Shown here: positions 27,880 to 37,323 of the stretch, in pieces
Layout: the number at the start of each line of letters is the position of its first letter
Position numbering within the stretch: the stretch's first letter is position 1
NCBI GenBank assembly: GCA_031800475.1
Contig: DAPKRQ010000097.1
Location: 1 to 59,409, forward strand
Reading direction: 5' to 3'
Source: Myxococcales bacterium LLY-WYZ-16_1
GTDB lineage: Bacteria > Myxococcota > Kuafuiibacteriia > Kuafuiibacteriales > Kuafuiibacteriaceae
DNA: 59,409 bases
Notes under the pieces: generated by a model
Database searches by the model: none
Told to the model about the DNA's origin: nothing
The model's input: the letters and a program-made list of their open reading frames with translations, nothing else
Position numbers and translations under genes: made by a program

Positions 27880-29843
27880 GTCCAGTACTCGAAATCACTT
27901 TCGCTTCGGTGCTCTTCTCGAATCACGAACACCCGAGCCGGCATCGATGCCGGGTCCAGACGGAGCCTTTGCCGCTGCCCTGTCCACAGGTAGCGCTCGT
28001 CGCTCAAGAGATCGTGCACCTGGTACGGGCGGGTCCCATCGACGAACGGTAGCTCCAGCTCGGTCTCGCGAACGCCATGGGGATCCACGCTGACGACGGT
28101 CACCAGCGTCCGTCCACCTCCCGATTTTCGGTGAGCCACCACCGCCGGGTCGGACGCCGGCAGAAACTCGAGGGTCCGGTCCGAATGGAAGGCGGGGTAG
28201 GTCCTGCGGATCTCGTTCAGTCGCTTCAGGAGCGGGGCCAGGGAGTGGGACGCGTTCAGGTTCCAGTGGCGGACCTGATACTTCTCGGAGTCCAAGTACT
28301 CCTCGGATCCAGCCTGTCGCGGGCGGACGTCCACGAGTTCGAAGGCGGGACCGTAGACTCCCCAGCTCGCCGAGAGGGTAGCGGCCAGGATCGCTCGGAT
28401 CACGGCAGCGGGTCGACCGCCCCACTGCAGATACTCCGTCAGGATGTCCGGCGTGTTGGTCCAGCTCGAAGTGCGCATGTAGTCCAAGACCTCGGGTCTG
28501 GTGATCTCTCGAAAGTACTCTTCGATCTCACCTCGCCCGTTCTTCCAGGGAAAATATCCATAGGACTGGGTGAAGCCTGACTTGGCCAAGTGTCGGGCCA
28601 CGTTGGGCCGAGCAAACGCTTCAGACAAGAAGATCACGTCTGGGTGCATCTCTTTGATCCGCCGGATGACCCAGGCCCAAAAGCGAAATGACTTGGTATG
28701 GGGATTGTCGACGCGGAACGACCGAACGCCACGTTCGATCCAGAAGGTGAAGACGTTCAGCAGGGCGTTCCACAATTCGCCGGCGTCCGGAGACTCGAAG
28801 TCGAGGGGGTAAATGTCTTCGTACCTCTTTGGAGGATTTTCGGCGGTGTGGATCGAGCCGTCTGGTCGATGGCGAAACCACTCGGGGTGCTCGTGGACCC
28901 AGGGGTGGTCCGGTGAACACTGAAAAGCCACGTCGAGGGCGACGTGCAGGTTCAATGACTCCGCCCGCTCGACCAGAGCCCGGAAGTCCTCCCACGTGCC
29001 GAGCTCCGGGTGAAGGGCCAGGTGGCCTCCCTCCGCGGATCCGATCGCCCAGGGGCTTCCAGGATCTTCTGGGGCTGCCACTAGAGCGTTGTTGGGGCCT
29101 TTTCGTTTCGTGCGACCGATCGGGTGTACCGGCGGCAAGTAGACCGTGTCGAAGCCCAGCTCGGCGACGTATTCGAGTCGCCGGGTCACATCCTGGAGGG
29201 TCCCGGGACGGGCGGGGTCCGGCGAGGCTGAGCGAGGAAACAGCTCGTACCACGCGCAAAAACGCGCCCGTTCCGGCTCTACCCACACCTCGTGGGCTTC
29301 GCTGCGGGTCGCGTGGCGCCGTTCGGATGCAGCGTGCATCAGCTCCGCGATGTGCGGTCCCAGGACCAGCTCGAGCCGATGGGCTGCTCCCGGCTCTTTG
29401 AGAGCGGCTGCTGCGCGGTCCAGAGCGGCGCGGTGCTGCGGCGCCGCGCGGACACTCGCATCCCGGAGCATGGCCATGCCCTCCTGCAGCTCCACCGCGA
29501 TGTCGACCCCAGCCGCGGCCTTCTTGGCGGACCCATCGCACCAGGTAGCCCAACGATCGATCCAAGCCTCGATCCAGTAGCGCTGAATTCCCAGAGCATC
29601 CGGCACGAAGACGGCGCAGTGGAGGTCCCCGGTCACCTTGCGAAGGGGAACGCGCAGCGGATCGTCGTGCTCCGTGCCGGCGAAGCACAGGTCGCCCGCC
29701 ACCCGGTCGTGCCCGTCCGCGAACATCTGGACCGAGACCTCGACCGGTTCGTGCAGCGTCCGTTTGATCGGGTATCGACCGCCGTCGACCGCCGGGCGGA
29801 TGCTCTCGAGGACCACGCGGCTTCGCAGGTCGGAATCCCCCAT
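27876..29843 (-). CDS. glgE: Maltose-1-phosphate maltosyltransferase GlgE
   Basis: WYELFPRS, YLPPVHPIG, SPWAIG, ENPPKRYEDIYP, RVDNPHTK, LSEAF, FTQSY, NTPDIL, SEEYLDSEKY. Stop overlaps the treS ATG. Confidence 0.95.
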   Translation of the reverse strand: MGDSDLRSRVVLESIRPAVDGGRYPIKRTLHEPVEVSVQMFADGHDRVAGDLCFAGTEHDDPLRVPLRKVTGDLHCAVFVPDALGIQRYWIEAWIDRWATWCDGSAKKAAAGVDIAVELQEGMAMLRDASVRAAPQHRAALDRAAAALKEPGAAHRLELVLGPHIAELMHAASERRHATRSEAHEVWVEPERARFCAWYELFPRSASPDPARPGTLQDVTRRLEYVAELGFDTVYLPPVHPIGRTKRKGPNNALVAAPEDPGSPWAIGSAEGGHLALHPELGTWEDFRALVERAESLNLHVALDVAFQCSPDHPWVHEHPEWFRHRPDGSIHTAENPPKRYEDIYPLDFESPDAGELWNALLNVFTFWIERGVRSFRVDNPHTKSFRFWAWVIRRIKEMHPDVIFLSEAFARPNVARHLAKSGFTQSYGYFPWKNGRGEIEEYFREITRPEVLDYMRTSSWTNTPDILTEYLQWGGRPAAVIRAILAATLSASWGVYGPAFELVDVRPRQAGSEEYLDSEKYQVRHWNLNASHSLAPLLKRLNEIRRTYPAFHSDRTLEFLPASDPAVVAHRKSGGGRTLVTVVSVDPHGVRETELELPFVDGTRPYQVHDLLSDERYLWTGQRQRLRLDPASMPARVFVIREEHRSESDFEYWT

Positions 29844-29931
29844 GGCGCCGGGATGATGAAACATGGGCGGTCTCGACGCAAAAGGTGCCTCGATGCTTGC
29901 GTGCTTTGGTCGCTCCCCTTGCACTCGGGGC

Positions 29932-30894
29932 GTGATCGACGAAGCGGAGTGGCTCGAGCAACCGCGGGATCCCTTGCGGGTAGAACGGGCGAACGAAGCC
30001 TTCGAAGCCGGTCTCGCCGCCCGGGTATCCCGCCCGCCACCGGGGGTTCGTCCCGATGGGGTGGCGGTCTTCGGCATCGACAATCAGGTGAGTTTTTGTC
30101 ACCCCGACGGCGGCCTGTACGTGCCGGGGGCCGAAGAAGACACGCAGCGTGCCGCACGGTGGATCGTTCGCCACGCAGACCGCATCGATCAGCTGGTCTT
30201 TTCCTTGGACACCCACCGAATGCACCAGGTCTTCCACCGCAGCTGGTGGCGCACCGCCGACGGCGCGGCTCCCGAGCCGCTGACGGTGATCCGGGCCGAG
30301 GATGTTCGAGAAGGCCGTTTCGTGCCGGCGGATCCGGCCGAGAGGGAACGGGCGCTCGAGTACTGCCGCAAGCTGGAGGCCACGGGACGCTACGTCCTCA
30401 CCATCTGGCCGTTCCACGGCATGCTCGGTGGGGTCAGCTGGGCCCTGATGCCGGCGCTGGTGGAAGCGGCCCTGTTTCACGCGGCTTATCGCGGCCAGGA
30501 CCCCCGCTACGAGATGAAGGGTCAACACCCCTTGACCGAGCACTTTTCGGTCTTTCGGCCCGAGGTCGAAGCGCTTCAGGGTGAGCGACTTGGGAAGTTC
30601 AACCGGAATCTGTTCGATGCCCTGATGCGTCACGAGCGGGTATTCGTGTTCGGGCAGGCCAAGAGCCACTGCGTGTTGAGTACGGTCCGAGACTTGGTCG
30701 AACGGGTGGAGGCGGAGCGACCCGAGGCCCTTTCGCGCCTCGTCCTGCTCGAAGACGCCACCAGCCCCGTGCCGCCCCCGCCTTCGGAACCGCTGCCGCC
30801 CGAGCTCGACTTTCCGCGCATTGCCGACGAGGCATTCGAGGACTTTCGACGTCGCGGCGTACGGATTCGAAAGACGACAGATGAATTCGACTGA
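29932..30894 (+). CDS. Nicotinamidase/isochorismatase-family cysteine hydrolase (start uncertain, 29863-29932)
   Basis: IDNQVSFC..DGGLYVPGA, LDTH, IWP.H, MKGQ, GQAKSHCV (Asp-Lys-Cys triad). Confidence 0.8.
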   Translation: MIDEAEWLEQPRDPLRVERANEAFEAGLAARVSRPPPGVRPDGVAVFGIDNQVSFCHPDGGLYVPGAEEDTQRAARWIVRHADRIDQLVFSLDTHRMHQVFHRSWWRTADGAAPEPLTVIRAEDVREGRFVPADPAERERALEYCRKLEATGRYVLTIWPFHGMLGGVSWALMPALVEAALFHAAYRGQDPRYEMKGQHPLTEHFSVFRPEVEALQGERLGKFNRNLFDALMRHERVFVFGQAKSHCVLSTVRDLVERVEAERPEALSRLVLLEDATSPVPPPPSEPLPPELDFPRIADEAFEDFRRRGVRIRKTTDEFD

Positions 30895-31108
30895 AACGAA
30901 AATGACGTGGACGGTTCGGGCTGAAGGTGCCACCGAATCGCCCGAGACGCCGGTAGCGAAAACGACTGTCGACAAGGGGGAGCGCGAAAGTTCTCGGTCT
31001 TTTCTTCGAATCTCGGGGCGGATGTTCGCCTGCCGAAGGCCGAGGCGGCTTTTCGGGACTCGCAGGCCGAAGATCGGAAGTTGGGCCCGGTCCGTGTATT
31101 TTGAAACC

Positions 31109-31864
31109 ATGGAAACGATCCTGGTGACCGGCGCTTCTCGAGGGATCGGTGCGGCGACCGCGAAAGCCTTGGCACGAGCTGGCCGGCGCGTGATCGGCGT
31201 GGGCCGCAATCGAAGGACACTCGACGAAGCGGGGAAGCGAGTGGCCGACCGGGGGGCCACGTGGTGCTCTCACGCGTGTGACCTGTCACAGCCAGAACAG
31301 GTCGAAGAGCTGGTCCGGGCCTGGCCAGACCTGGATGGGCTGGTCCTGAACGCCGGGGTCTCCAACGACGTGCAGTTTGGACGAGCCACTCCCGAGCAGG
31401 TCCAAAACGAACTGCAGGTGAATTACCTGACCCCGGTCACGCTGTTGCGGCACCACCTGTCCCGCATGCGCAATCGTGGTGGAGGCCGTGTGGTGGCCGT
31501 CGGGTCGCTGACCTCGTTCGTGCCTTTCCCGGGCAACGCCACCTACGCGGCGTCGAAGTCGGCTCTGTACGCGCTCCTTCGCTCGCTCCGTGTGGAATTG
31601 CGGGGCTCCGGCGTACAGCTGGGCATCGTGCTCGCGGGCTACACCGACACGGCCATGACCCGAGGCATGCGAACGCGCCTGCCCGCCATGACTGCGGACG
31701 CCGTGGGGCGTACCGCCGAGCGGGCCTACGAAAAAGGGGGTGGGGTGGTCATCCCGGGGCTGATGAACCGAGCTGCCGCGGGGGTTTTCGGAGCCTTTCC
31801 CGACAGCTCCGATTTGGTCTTCGCCCGCATGAGTCAGCTGCTGGTACCGCAGACCGATGGGTGA
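31109..31864 (+). CDS. Short-chain dehydrogenase/reductase
   Basis: TGASRGIG, LNAG, VNY, YAASK. Confidence 0.9.
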   Translation: METILVTGASRGIGAATAKALARAGRRVIGVGRNRRTLDEAGKRVADRGATWCSHACDLSQPEQVEELVRAWPDLDGLVLNAGVSNDVQFGRATPEQVQNELQVNYLTPVTLLRHHLSRMRNRGGGRVVAVGSLTSFVPFPGNATYAASKSALYALLRSLRVELRGSGVQLGIVLAGYTDTAMTRGMRTRLPAMTADAVGRTAERAYEKGGGVVIPGLMNRAAAGVFGAFPDSSDLVFARMSQLLVPQTDG

Positions 31865-32894
31865 ACAGGTCATCGTCTTCGGCGCTGCGGGCTTCATCGG
31901 CCGGGCGCTCTGCCGCCATCTGAAGGGCGACTACCACGTGGTCGGGGTCGACCTGGCGTGGGGTGAGCAGGACCCGGACGGACCGGACGAACGGGTGGAG
32001 CAGGACGTCACCGAACTCGAAGGCCTGGATCGGCTGTTGGCCGAGCGGGCCGCGGACCGCCCCACTGCGGCCGTCGTCGATCTGGTTGCGCACTACGATT
32101 TCCTGAACTCCAACGATCCCCGCTACGAGCGGGTCGAATCGGGTCTGGCTCACCTGATCGAAGGATTCGGCGCCCGCTTCGAGAAAGACGTTCCATTCCT
32201 TTATGCCAGCAGCATGGCGTCGGTCGGGCCGACCCAACCCGGGGAGCCTCTGACCGAGTCGAGTCCCCGGGTGGCACCCTGGGCCTATCCGGCGCACAAG
32301 CTGCGCTGCGAAAAGATTCTGGAGGCAGCCGAGATCCCGCAGCCTCGGGTCGAACTGGTCCTGGCGGGGGTCTACAGCGCCTGGTGCGAGCTGGTGCCGC
32401 TGTACTTTCAACTGGAGCGACTGCGAACCGGAAGCCTGTCGGCTCACGTCTACCCGGGACCGGTGGACCGAGGCCTCACCTATATCCACGTCGACGACGT
32501 GGCCAAGGCTTTCGCCGAAGCCGCGATCCGCCTGCGGGGACATCCGGGCGTCCATCGCTACATGATCGGGGAGTCGAAGCCCGCGACCTACGCCGACATC
32601 CACCGCATCGCGGCCGAAGGCTTTCGAGGGCGGCCTGGCAGACTGATGCGGGTGCCTCGCCCCCTGGCGAAAACCGGCGCAGCCGTGCTGAGCGCACTTC
32701 GTGCCGAGCCGTTCATTCGGCCGTGGATGATCGATTTCGCCGGCGAGCACTTCGAGCTCGACCTGACCAAGTCTCGCCGTGAGTTGGACTTCGAGCCGAG
32801 CGGATACCTGTTGGACCGGTTGCCCGACATCGTCGAGCGCGCGCGAAGGGACCCGGACCGATGGACTTCGCTGAACGAAGCCCGCCCCCGTTGA
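31857..32894 (+). CDS. NAD-dependent epimerase/dehydratase (extended SDR)
   Basis: GAAGFIG, YASSMA, YPAHK, LTYIHVDDVA; 8-nt overlap with the SDR gene. Confidence 0.85.
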   Translation: MGEQVIVFGAAGFIGRALCRHLKGDYHVVGVDLAWGEQDPDGPDERVEQDVTELEGLDRLLAERAADRPTAAVVDLVAHYDFLNSNDPRYERVESGLAHLIEGFGARFEKDVPFLYASSMASVGPTQPGEPLTESSPRVAPWAYPAHKLRCEKILEAAEIPQPRVELVLAGVYSAWCELVPLYFQLERLRTGSLSAHVYPGPVDRGLTYIHVDDVAKAFAEAAIRLRGHPGVHRYMIGESKPATYADIHRIAAEGFRGRPGRLMRVPRPLAKTGAAVLSALRAEPFIRPWMIDFAGEHFELDLTKSRRELDFEPSGYLLDRLPDIVERARRDPDRWTSLNEARPR

Positions 32895-32942
32895 CGGGCC
32901 GAGCCCCGCCATTGCCCGGGTCTTCGCGCGGGTCGAATCCAC

Positions 32943-33614
32943 TCAAAAGCGGTACGTGACACCCGCTCGCAGATCGAGCCCGAAATCCGCGCCAAAGCCG
33001 CCAAAGCTTCCTGCACCGCCTCCAGCCAAGACGGGACCCAGTTTGAGTTGGGTGAGCACGCTCAGCTGCGGGGTCAGCATGAACTCCGCAACCGGTCCGA
33101 AGAGAATCGGCACGACCACGGCGGCCCCGCCGTTGCCGATGTATACCGTGACTGGGATGGTGATCCCGCCCCCCACGATCACCTGGCGCGACGCCTTGTA
33201 GCCGATGTTCAGGTCGGGATGAAGCAGCAGCGCGAAGCCCGCGTCTCCGACTCGGGGAAAGCCGACCCCGATCCCGGGGCTCAACGTCAAGCCGACCAGC
33301 AGGTCCTCCGTATCCGCCAGGAGCAGGTCGATGCGAAACGCGCCGCCCAAGGTGATCGTATTGCCGGCGGCTCGGACGGAGCCGAAGGTGCCGATGTCCA
33401 AAATGAACTCCCCACCCAGCGACAGCTGGTCGTTCATCGGGGCCACGTAGCCACCTCGCAGCACCCCCGAGTAGCCGGTGGAGCCGAACACCGTCTCGCC
33501 CTCGGGCACACCGAACTGCAGGGATCCGGTGGCTTGCGCAGGCCCGGGGACCGCGGTGAACGCACCGGCGATGGCAAGTGAAAAGAAGAGAACGCGGGTT
33601 TTGGGGCAGGCCAT
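32943..33614 (-). CDS. Small outer-membrane beta-barrel protein
   Basis: Signal peptide (PGPAQA|T), Gly/aromatic alternating strands, C-terminal GVTYRF. Confidence 0.75.
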   Translation of the reverse strand: MACPKTRVLFFSLAIAGAFTAVPGPAQATGSLQFGVPEGETVFGSTGYSGVLRGGYVAPMNDQLSLGGEFILDIGTFGSVRAAGNTITLGGAFRIDLLLADTEDLLVGLTLSPGIGVGFPRVGDAGFALLLHPDLNIGYKASRQVIVGGGITIPVTVYIGNGGAAVVVPILFGPVAEFMLTPQLSVLTQLKLGPVLAGGGAGSFGGFGADFGLDLRAGVTYRF

Positions 33615-33928
33615 GAGGGCGCGGAAGCTAGCCCGGGTCGTTGCCCGATGAAAGGCCCCAATGGTGGAAATCCGGTGTCCAAGCGGCCGGTCGGAGGGTC
33701 ACGGAACGTTCGTCTTCGCGGATCGAAGACCGAAGCCCGACGAAAGCCGGGTGTCGAGCCGGGGGCGGGGGCCCCGTCCATCGCAGAAACGGATGGGGAT
33801 GGATTCGATTCGGTCCGAAGGTGTCCGCCATCCTCCATGCCCCAACGCCGCATGCCGGAGTCCGGGGAGCGCGAGCACCGGGTGGGCGCGCTCGCCAGAC
33901 CCGGGGGCGGGCCGAGTCGGCCCCGGTC

Positions 33929-35239
33929 TCAAAGGCGGTTCGCCGCCACCTCGGCCAAGGGCGAGCGTTCACCGCGGACCAAGGTCACGTGGCCCGACAA
34001 CGACTCGGCGCGCAGTCGATTCACCACGTGGACGAGCCCGTTGTTGGAGGCGTCCATGTACGGATTGTCGATCTGGTATGGGTCGCCCGTCAGCACCACT
34101 TTGGTCCCCTGGCCCGCCCGCGTCAGGATCGTCTTCACCTCGTGGGGCGTCAGGTTCTGGGCCTCGTCCACGATCATGTACTGATTGGGAATGGACCGAC
34201 CGCGGATGTACGTCAGGGGCTCGATCTGGAGCAGGCCCATGTCGATGAGCTCGGTGTAGCTCCGTTCCTTTCGACCTTTGCCGCTCAGACTCAGGAGGAA
34301 CTCCACGTTGTCGAAGATCGGCTGCATCCAGGGATTCAGCTTTTCTTCGACGGTGCCCGGCAGGTAGCCGAGGTCCCGGCCCAACGGAAAGATCGGCCGG
34401 GAGATCAGGACCTTTTGAAACGCCTCCACCTCGGTGCTGCGGGACAAGGCTGCGGCGATGGCGAGCAGCGTTTTGCCGGTGCCGGCCTTGCCGACCAGGG
34501 TCACCAGCGAGACCCGGTCGTCCATCAACAGGTCCAGGGCACAGGTCTGTTCCAGGTTCCGGGACCGAATTCCCCACGGCTGGGGCGGCTCCGCGGGCAG
34601 GCACACCACGTCGGCTCCGTCGGGGGTCACCTTGCCGAGCACCCAATGCTCCGGATCCTGCCCGTCGACCCATTGCACGAAGCTGTTCGGAGAAAGGTCG
34701 GGCCGCGGCGGCTGGACCCGGCCTGAGGCCCGGACCTCTCGCACTCGGGTCCCCTCGACGGAACGTCGCTCGATGCCGGTCCAAAGCTCGTCGATGTCCG
34801 TGCGCTCGCGCTCGTAGTCTTCGGCCCGCAGCCCCAACGCGTCGGCCCGAATCCGGAGGTTCACGTCCTTGGTGACGAGGATGCAGGGAAGCTCTGGGGC
34901 TTGCCGCTGAACGTCCAAGGCAGTGGCCAGGATCCGGGCATCCATCTCCTGCCCTTCCAGGGCGTGCTCCGTCGACAGCTCCAAGGCGGTGGTGACCACC
35001 CGCAGGCTGCCCCCTTCGGCGATCGGGACCCCTTCGGCCAAGTGGCCGACCTTGCGCAGCCCATCCAGGGTGCGGCTCACGGTCCGGGCGGACCGGCCCA
35101 GCTCGCTGGCGTCCCGCTTGAACTTGTCGATCTCCTCGATGACGTAGATCGGCAGCACGACCATGTTGTCCGCGAAGGCGAAGATCGCATCCGGATCGTG
35201 GAGGAGGACGTTGGTATCGAGGACGAAGTGCTTCTTCAT
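33929..35239 (-). CDS. PIN-PhoH (PhoH2/YlaK-like) RNase-ATPase
   Basis: FVLDTNVLLHDP, VTKDVNLRIRA, GKAGTGKT, GYLPG..EEK, RGRS, VDEAQN, GDPYQID, RSPLA. Confidence 0.92.
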   Translation of the reverse strand: MKKHFVLDTNVLLHDPDAIFAFADNMVVLPIYVIEEIDKFKRDASELGRSARTVSRTLDGLRKVGHLAEGVPIAEGGSLRVVTTALELSTEHALEGQEMDARILATALDVQRQAPELPCILVTKDVNLRIRADALGLRAEDYERERTDIDELWTGIERRSVEGTRVREVRASGRVQPPRPDLSPNSFVQWVDGQDPEHWVLGKVTPDGADVVCLPAEPPQPWGIRSRNLEQTCALDLLMDDRVSLVTLVGKAGTGKTLLAIAAALSRSTEVEAFQKVLISRPIFPLGRDLGYLPGTVEEKLNPWMQPIFDNVEFLLSLSGKGRKERSYTELIDMGLLQIEPLTYIRGRSIPNQYMIVDEAQNLTPHEVKTILTRAGQGTKVVLTGDPYQIDNPYMDASNNGLVHVVNRLRAESLSGHVTLVRGERSPLAEVAANRL

Positions 35240-35353
35240 GCCGCGCTCGGCCGCCGCCGACCGAAGCGCGATCGGTGCCTGCTGTCACCCGTGAACGCGG
35301 ACACGGTGGCAGATTCCGGTTGTGCCGAAGTCCACGAGGGCCAAGCTGGCCGG

Positions 35354-35812
35354 GTGGTGGCGCTTTCCGTGCTGTTGCTCGCCGCCCTGGGAGGGCACGG
35401 CAGCCTGTCGCAAGGGCCCTGGCGAGGGGCTTCGGAGGCGCAGGTGCTTTTGGCAGGCCCGCCGAGCCCCGCGGGCGACTGCGGCGAACCCCGCTTCGGT
35501 CATCGCGACCGGTTCGTCCGCACTGGGCCCGGGGCCGGTCGCTACCACCTGGAGCTGTTCGGTTGCGGGCGCCACCCGGTGGGCGTGCGCCTGCGGTTCG
35601 CCCCGCAAGTCGTGGCTCGCCATCGCCTGGTGGAGGGGTCCGGCATGCCCACGCGCGATGGGCGAGCCTGGCGTTGGGCCTTCGAACTGGAGCTGAAGCG
35701 GGCGGGCGCATTGGGCGAAGTCTGGGTCGACGTGGCCCCGTCCATGGGGGGCGCCGTCCAGCGTTGGCGGCGCCCCATGGCCGAACGCGGCCCCTGGCGT
35801 CCTCGTCCCTGA
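35354..35812 (+). CDS. Hypothetical exported protein (~152 aa)
   Basis: 3' part of ORF 34901..35812; hydrophobic N-terminus VVALSVLLLAALG, two Cys; fills an otherwise empty gap. Confidence 0.4.
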   Translation: MVALSVLLLAALGGHGSLSQGPWRGASEAQVLLAGPPSPAGDCGEPRFGHRDRFVRTGPGAGRYHLELFGCGRHPVGVRLRFAPQVVARHRLVEGSGMPTRDGRAWRWAFELELKRAGALGEVWVDVAPSMGGAVQRWRRPMAERGPWRPRP

Positions 35813-35920
35813 CTCCCGCACCCGGCTTTTTGGAGCGGCCTCGCGTCGGCTGCCCTGCACCCCCGTTCGGGAAGTCGGCAGACGTTGCCAAATGGTACCC
35901 GAATGCCGATCCCAACCTCG

Positions 35921-36403
35921 ATGGGCGGACTGCGGAAGCCGTGGGCGATGCTGGCGGCGGTGTGGGGGTGCGCGTCGACCTCGGGGGGCTCGGAACTGAC
36001 CGCCCGGCAGGACGGAAACGAAGGTGCCCCACTCATCCTCTTTCAGTGGGAGGCAGAGAGCTCCACCGCCGGCCGGCTCCGGGGGGTGGGGCCCGAGGGG
36101 GTGGTCTACGTCGGACAGATGGCGCTTTCCGAGCGGTCCAAGTCCGAAGGGGGCATTCCGGAGCGAGGCGCCGTGGAGCCGGGCACCGAGTCGGGCGCCC
36201 AGGTGTTCAGCCCCTTTCCCGAGCAGTGGCCCCGGCGCAGCCGCAACGCCGTGGAACGGGTGCGGGCCGAGCTCGTGGACGAGCAGGGACGGACCCTCGA
36301 GTGTCGCTTCGCGATTCCGTCGCCCGACGAAGGAATTCGGCCCCCGGTGGACGGGGTGTGTCGAGATCCGTCCGGAAACAGCTATCGGGCCCGGATCGAA
36401 TGA
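35921..36403 (+). CDS. Hypothetical lipoprotein
   Basis: MGGLRKPWAMLAAVWG|C lipobox-like signal; C-terminal Cys pair. Confidence 0.6.
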   Translation: MGGLRKPWAMLAAVWGCASTSGGSELTARQDGNEGAPLILFQWEAESSTAGRLRGVGPEGVVYVGQMALSERSKSEGGIPERGAVEPGTESGAQVFSPFPEQWPRRSRNAVERVRAELVDEQGRTLECRFAIPSPDEGIRPPVDGVCRDPSGNSYRARIE

Positions 36404-36421
36404 CGCCGTGCCCGGCCGGGT

Positions 36422-36444
36422 GGAACCCGGTCGACCGGTGTTCC
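36422..36444. terminator. Palindromic hairpin between convergent genes
   Basis: GGAAC-CCGGTCGACCGG-T-GTTCC inverted repeat between the stops at 36403 and 36495; no U-tract. Confidence 0.35.
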
Positions 36445-36494
36445 GCCTTGCTCGGCAAGGCTGCGCGCTCGTTGGGTCGGTCCGACCCAATGTT

Positions 36495-37265
36495 TCACCG
36501 CACGTCCTCGTACCATCGTTTCAAAAGACGGGCAGGAACGCCAAATCCCCACAGCACCGCGATCGTGACGAATCGGGCGTGTGACCGGAAAAAGCCCCAC
36601 CGGGCCACACGCCGGTCCGAGGACCAAACGGTCCGAGACAGCTGCACGACCTGCCCCATTCGACTCAGTTTGATGCACAAGTCTGCCTCTTCCATCACGA
36701 CTTGCTTCGGGTCGAAGCCCCCAGCCGCCAGGAACTGGCTCCTCCGGCAGAACATGACCTGGTCTCCGAAGAGCAACCGTAGGTGGTTTCGGAAGAATCC
36801 GATCGGACGAAAAAAGAGCGGTGCGTAAATGGTCTTGACGGTGTTGTGCAGGCTCGTGAGCCAACGCGTCTTTCGGGAGCCGGTCATCAACGAGACGAAT
36901 CCGGCGAGCGCCACCCGCGGATTCGCCAAGGTTTGTTGCATCACCTGAACGGCGTCCGGCGGTAGCCACGTGTCCGCGTGCAGAAAACACACGATTTCAC
37001 CCCGGCAAGCGTGCGCACCCAGGTTCATCTGGACGGCGCGGCCCGGTGCGGGGCTGTGCAAGACCCGGATGCCCGCGGCGCTGGCCAGACGGACCGTGTC
37101 GTCCCTGCTGCCCCCGTCCACCAGCAGAACCTCGCGGGGAGCCGGGTCGAGGGCCCGAACGGACGCCAGGGTCCGAGGGAGCGCTTGGGCTTCGTCGAGT
37201 GCCACGAGCACGATGGAGACCGTACCTGCGGACTCGGCCGGCTGAGCTGCTTCGGAGGACCCCAC
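36495..37265 (-). CDS. GT2 glycosyltransferase, TIGR04283-like (start uncertain, 37265-37301)
   Basis: VDGGSRDDT, GRAVQMNLGA, FLHADT, LFGDQVMFCRR..F..AGGF, MEEADL, SSDRR. Confidence 0.85.
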   Translation of the reverse strand: MGSSEAAQPAESAGTVSIVLVALDEAQALPRTLASVRALDPAPREVLLVDGGSRDDTVRLASAAGIRVLHSPAPGRAVQMNLGAHACRGEIVCFLHADTWLPPDAVQVMQQTLANPRVALAGFVSLMTGSRKTRWLTSLHNTVKTIYAPLFFRPIGFFRNHLRLLFGDQVMFCRRSQFLAAGGFDPKQVVMEEADLCIKLSRMGQVVQLSRTVWSSDRRVARWGFFRSHARFVTIAVLWGFGVPARLLKRWYEDVR

Positions 37266-37323
37266 CCGTGCCCCGTTCGTCGCAAACGAATGATCTGTCA
37301 ACCCGACCGACGCGGGTGCGGCT

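Noticed and set aside
29880-29925. Sigma54-like motifs in the glgE/nicotinamidase spacer
   Set aside because: Both candidates are off by one base in spacing.
33615-33928. c-di-GMP-I or cobalamin riboswitch
   Set aside because: Only fragmentary resemblance (GACGAAAGCC, CCCCCGCC); the conserved cores are not matched.
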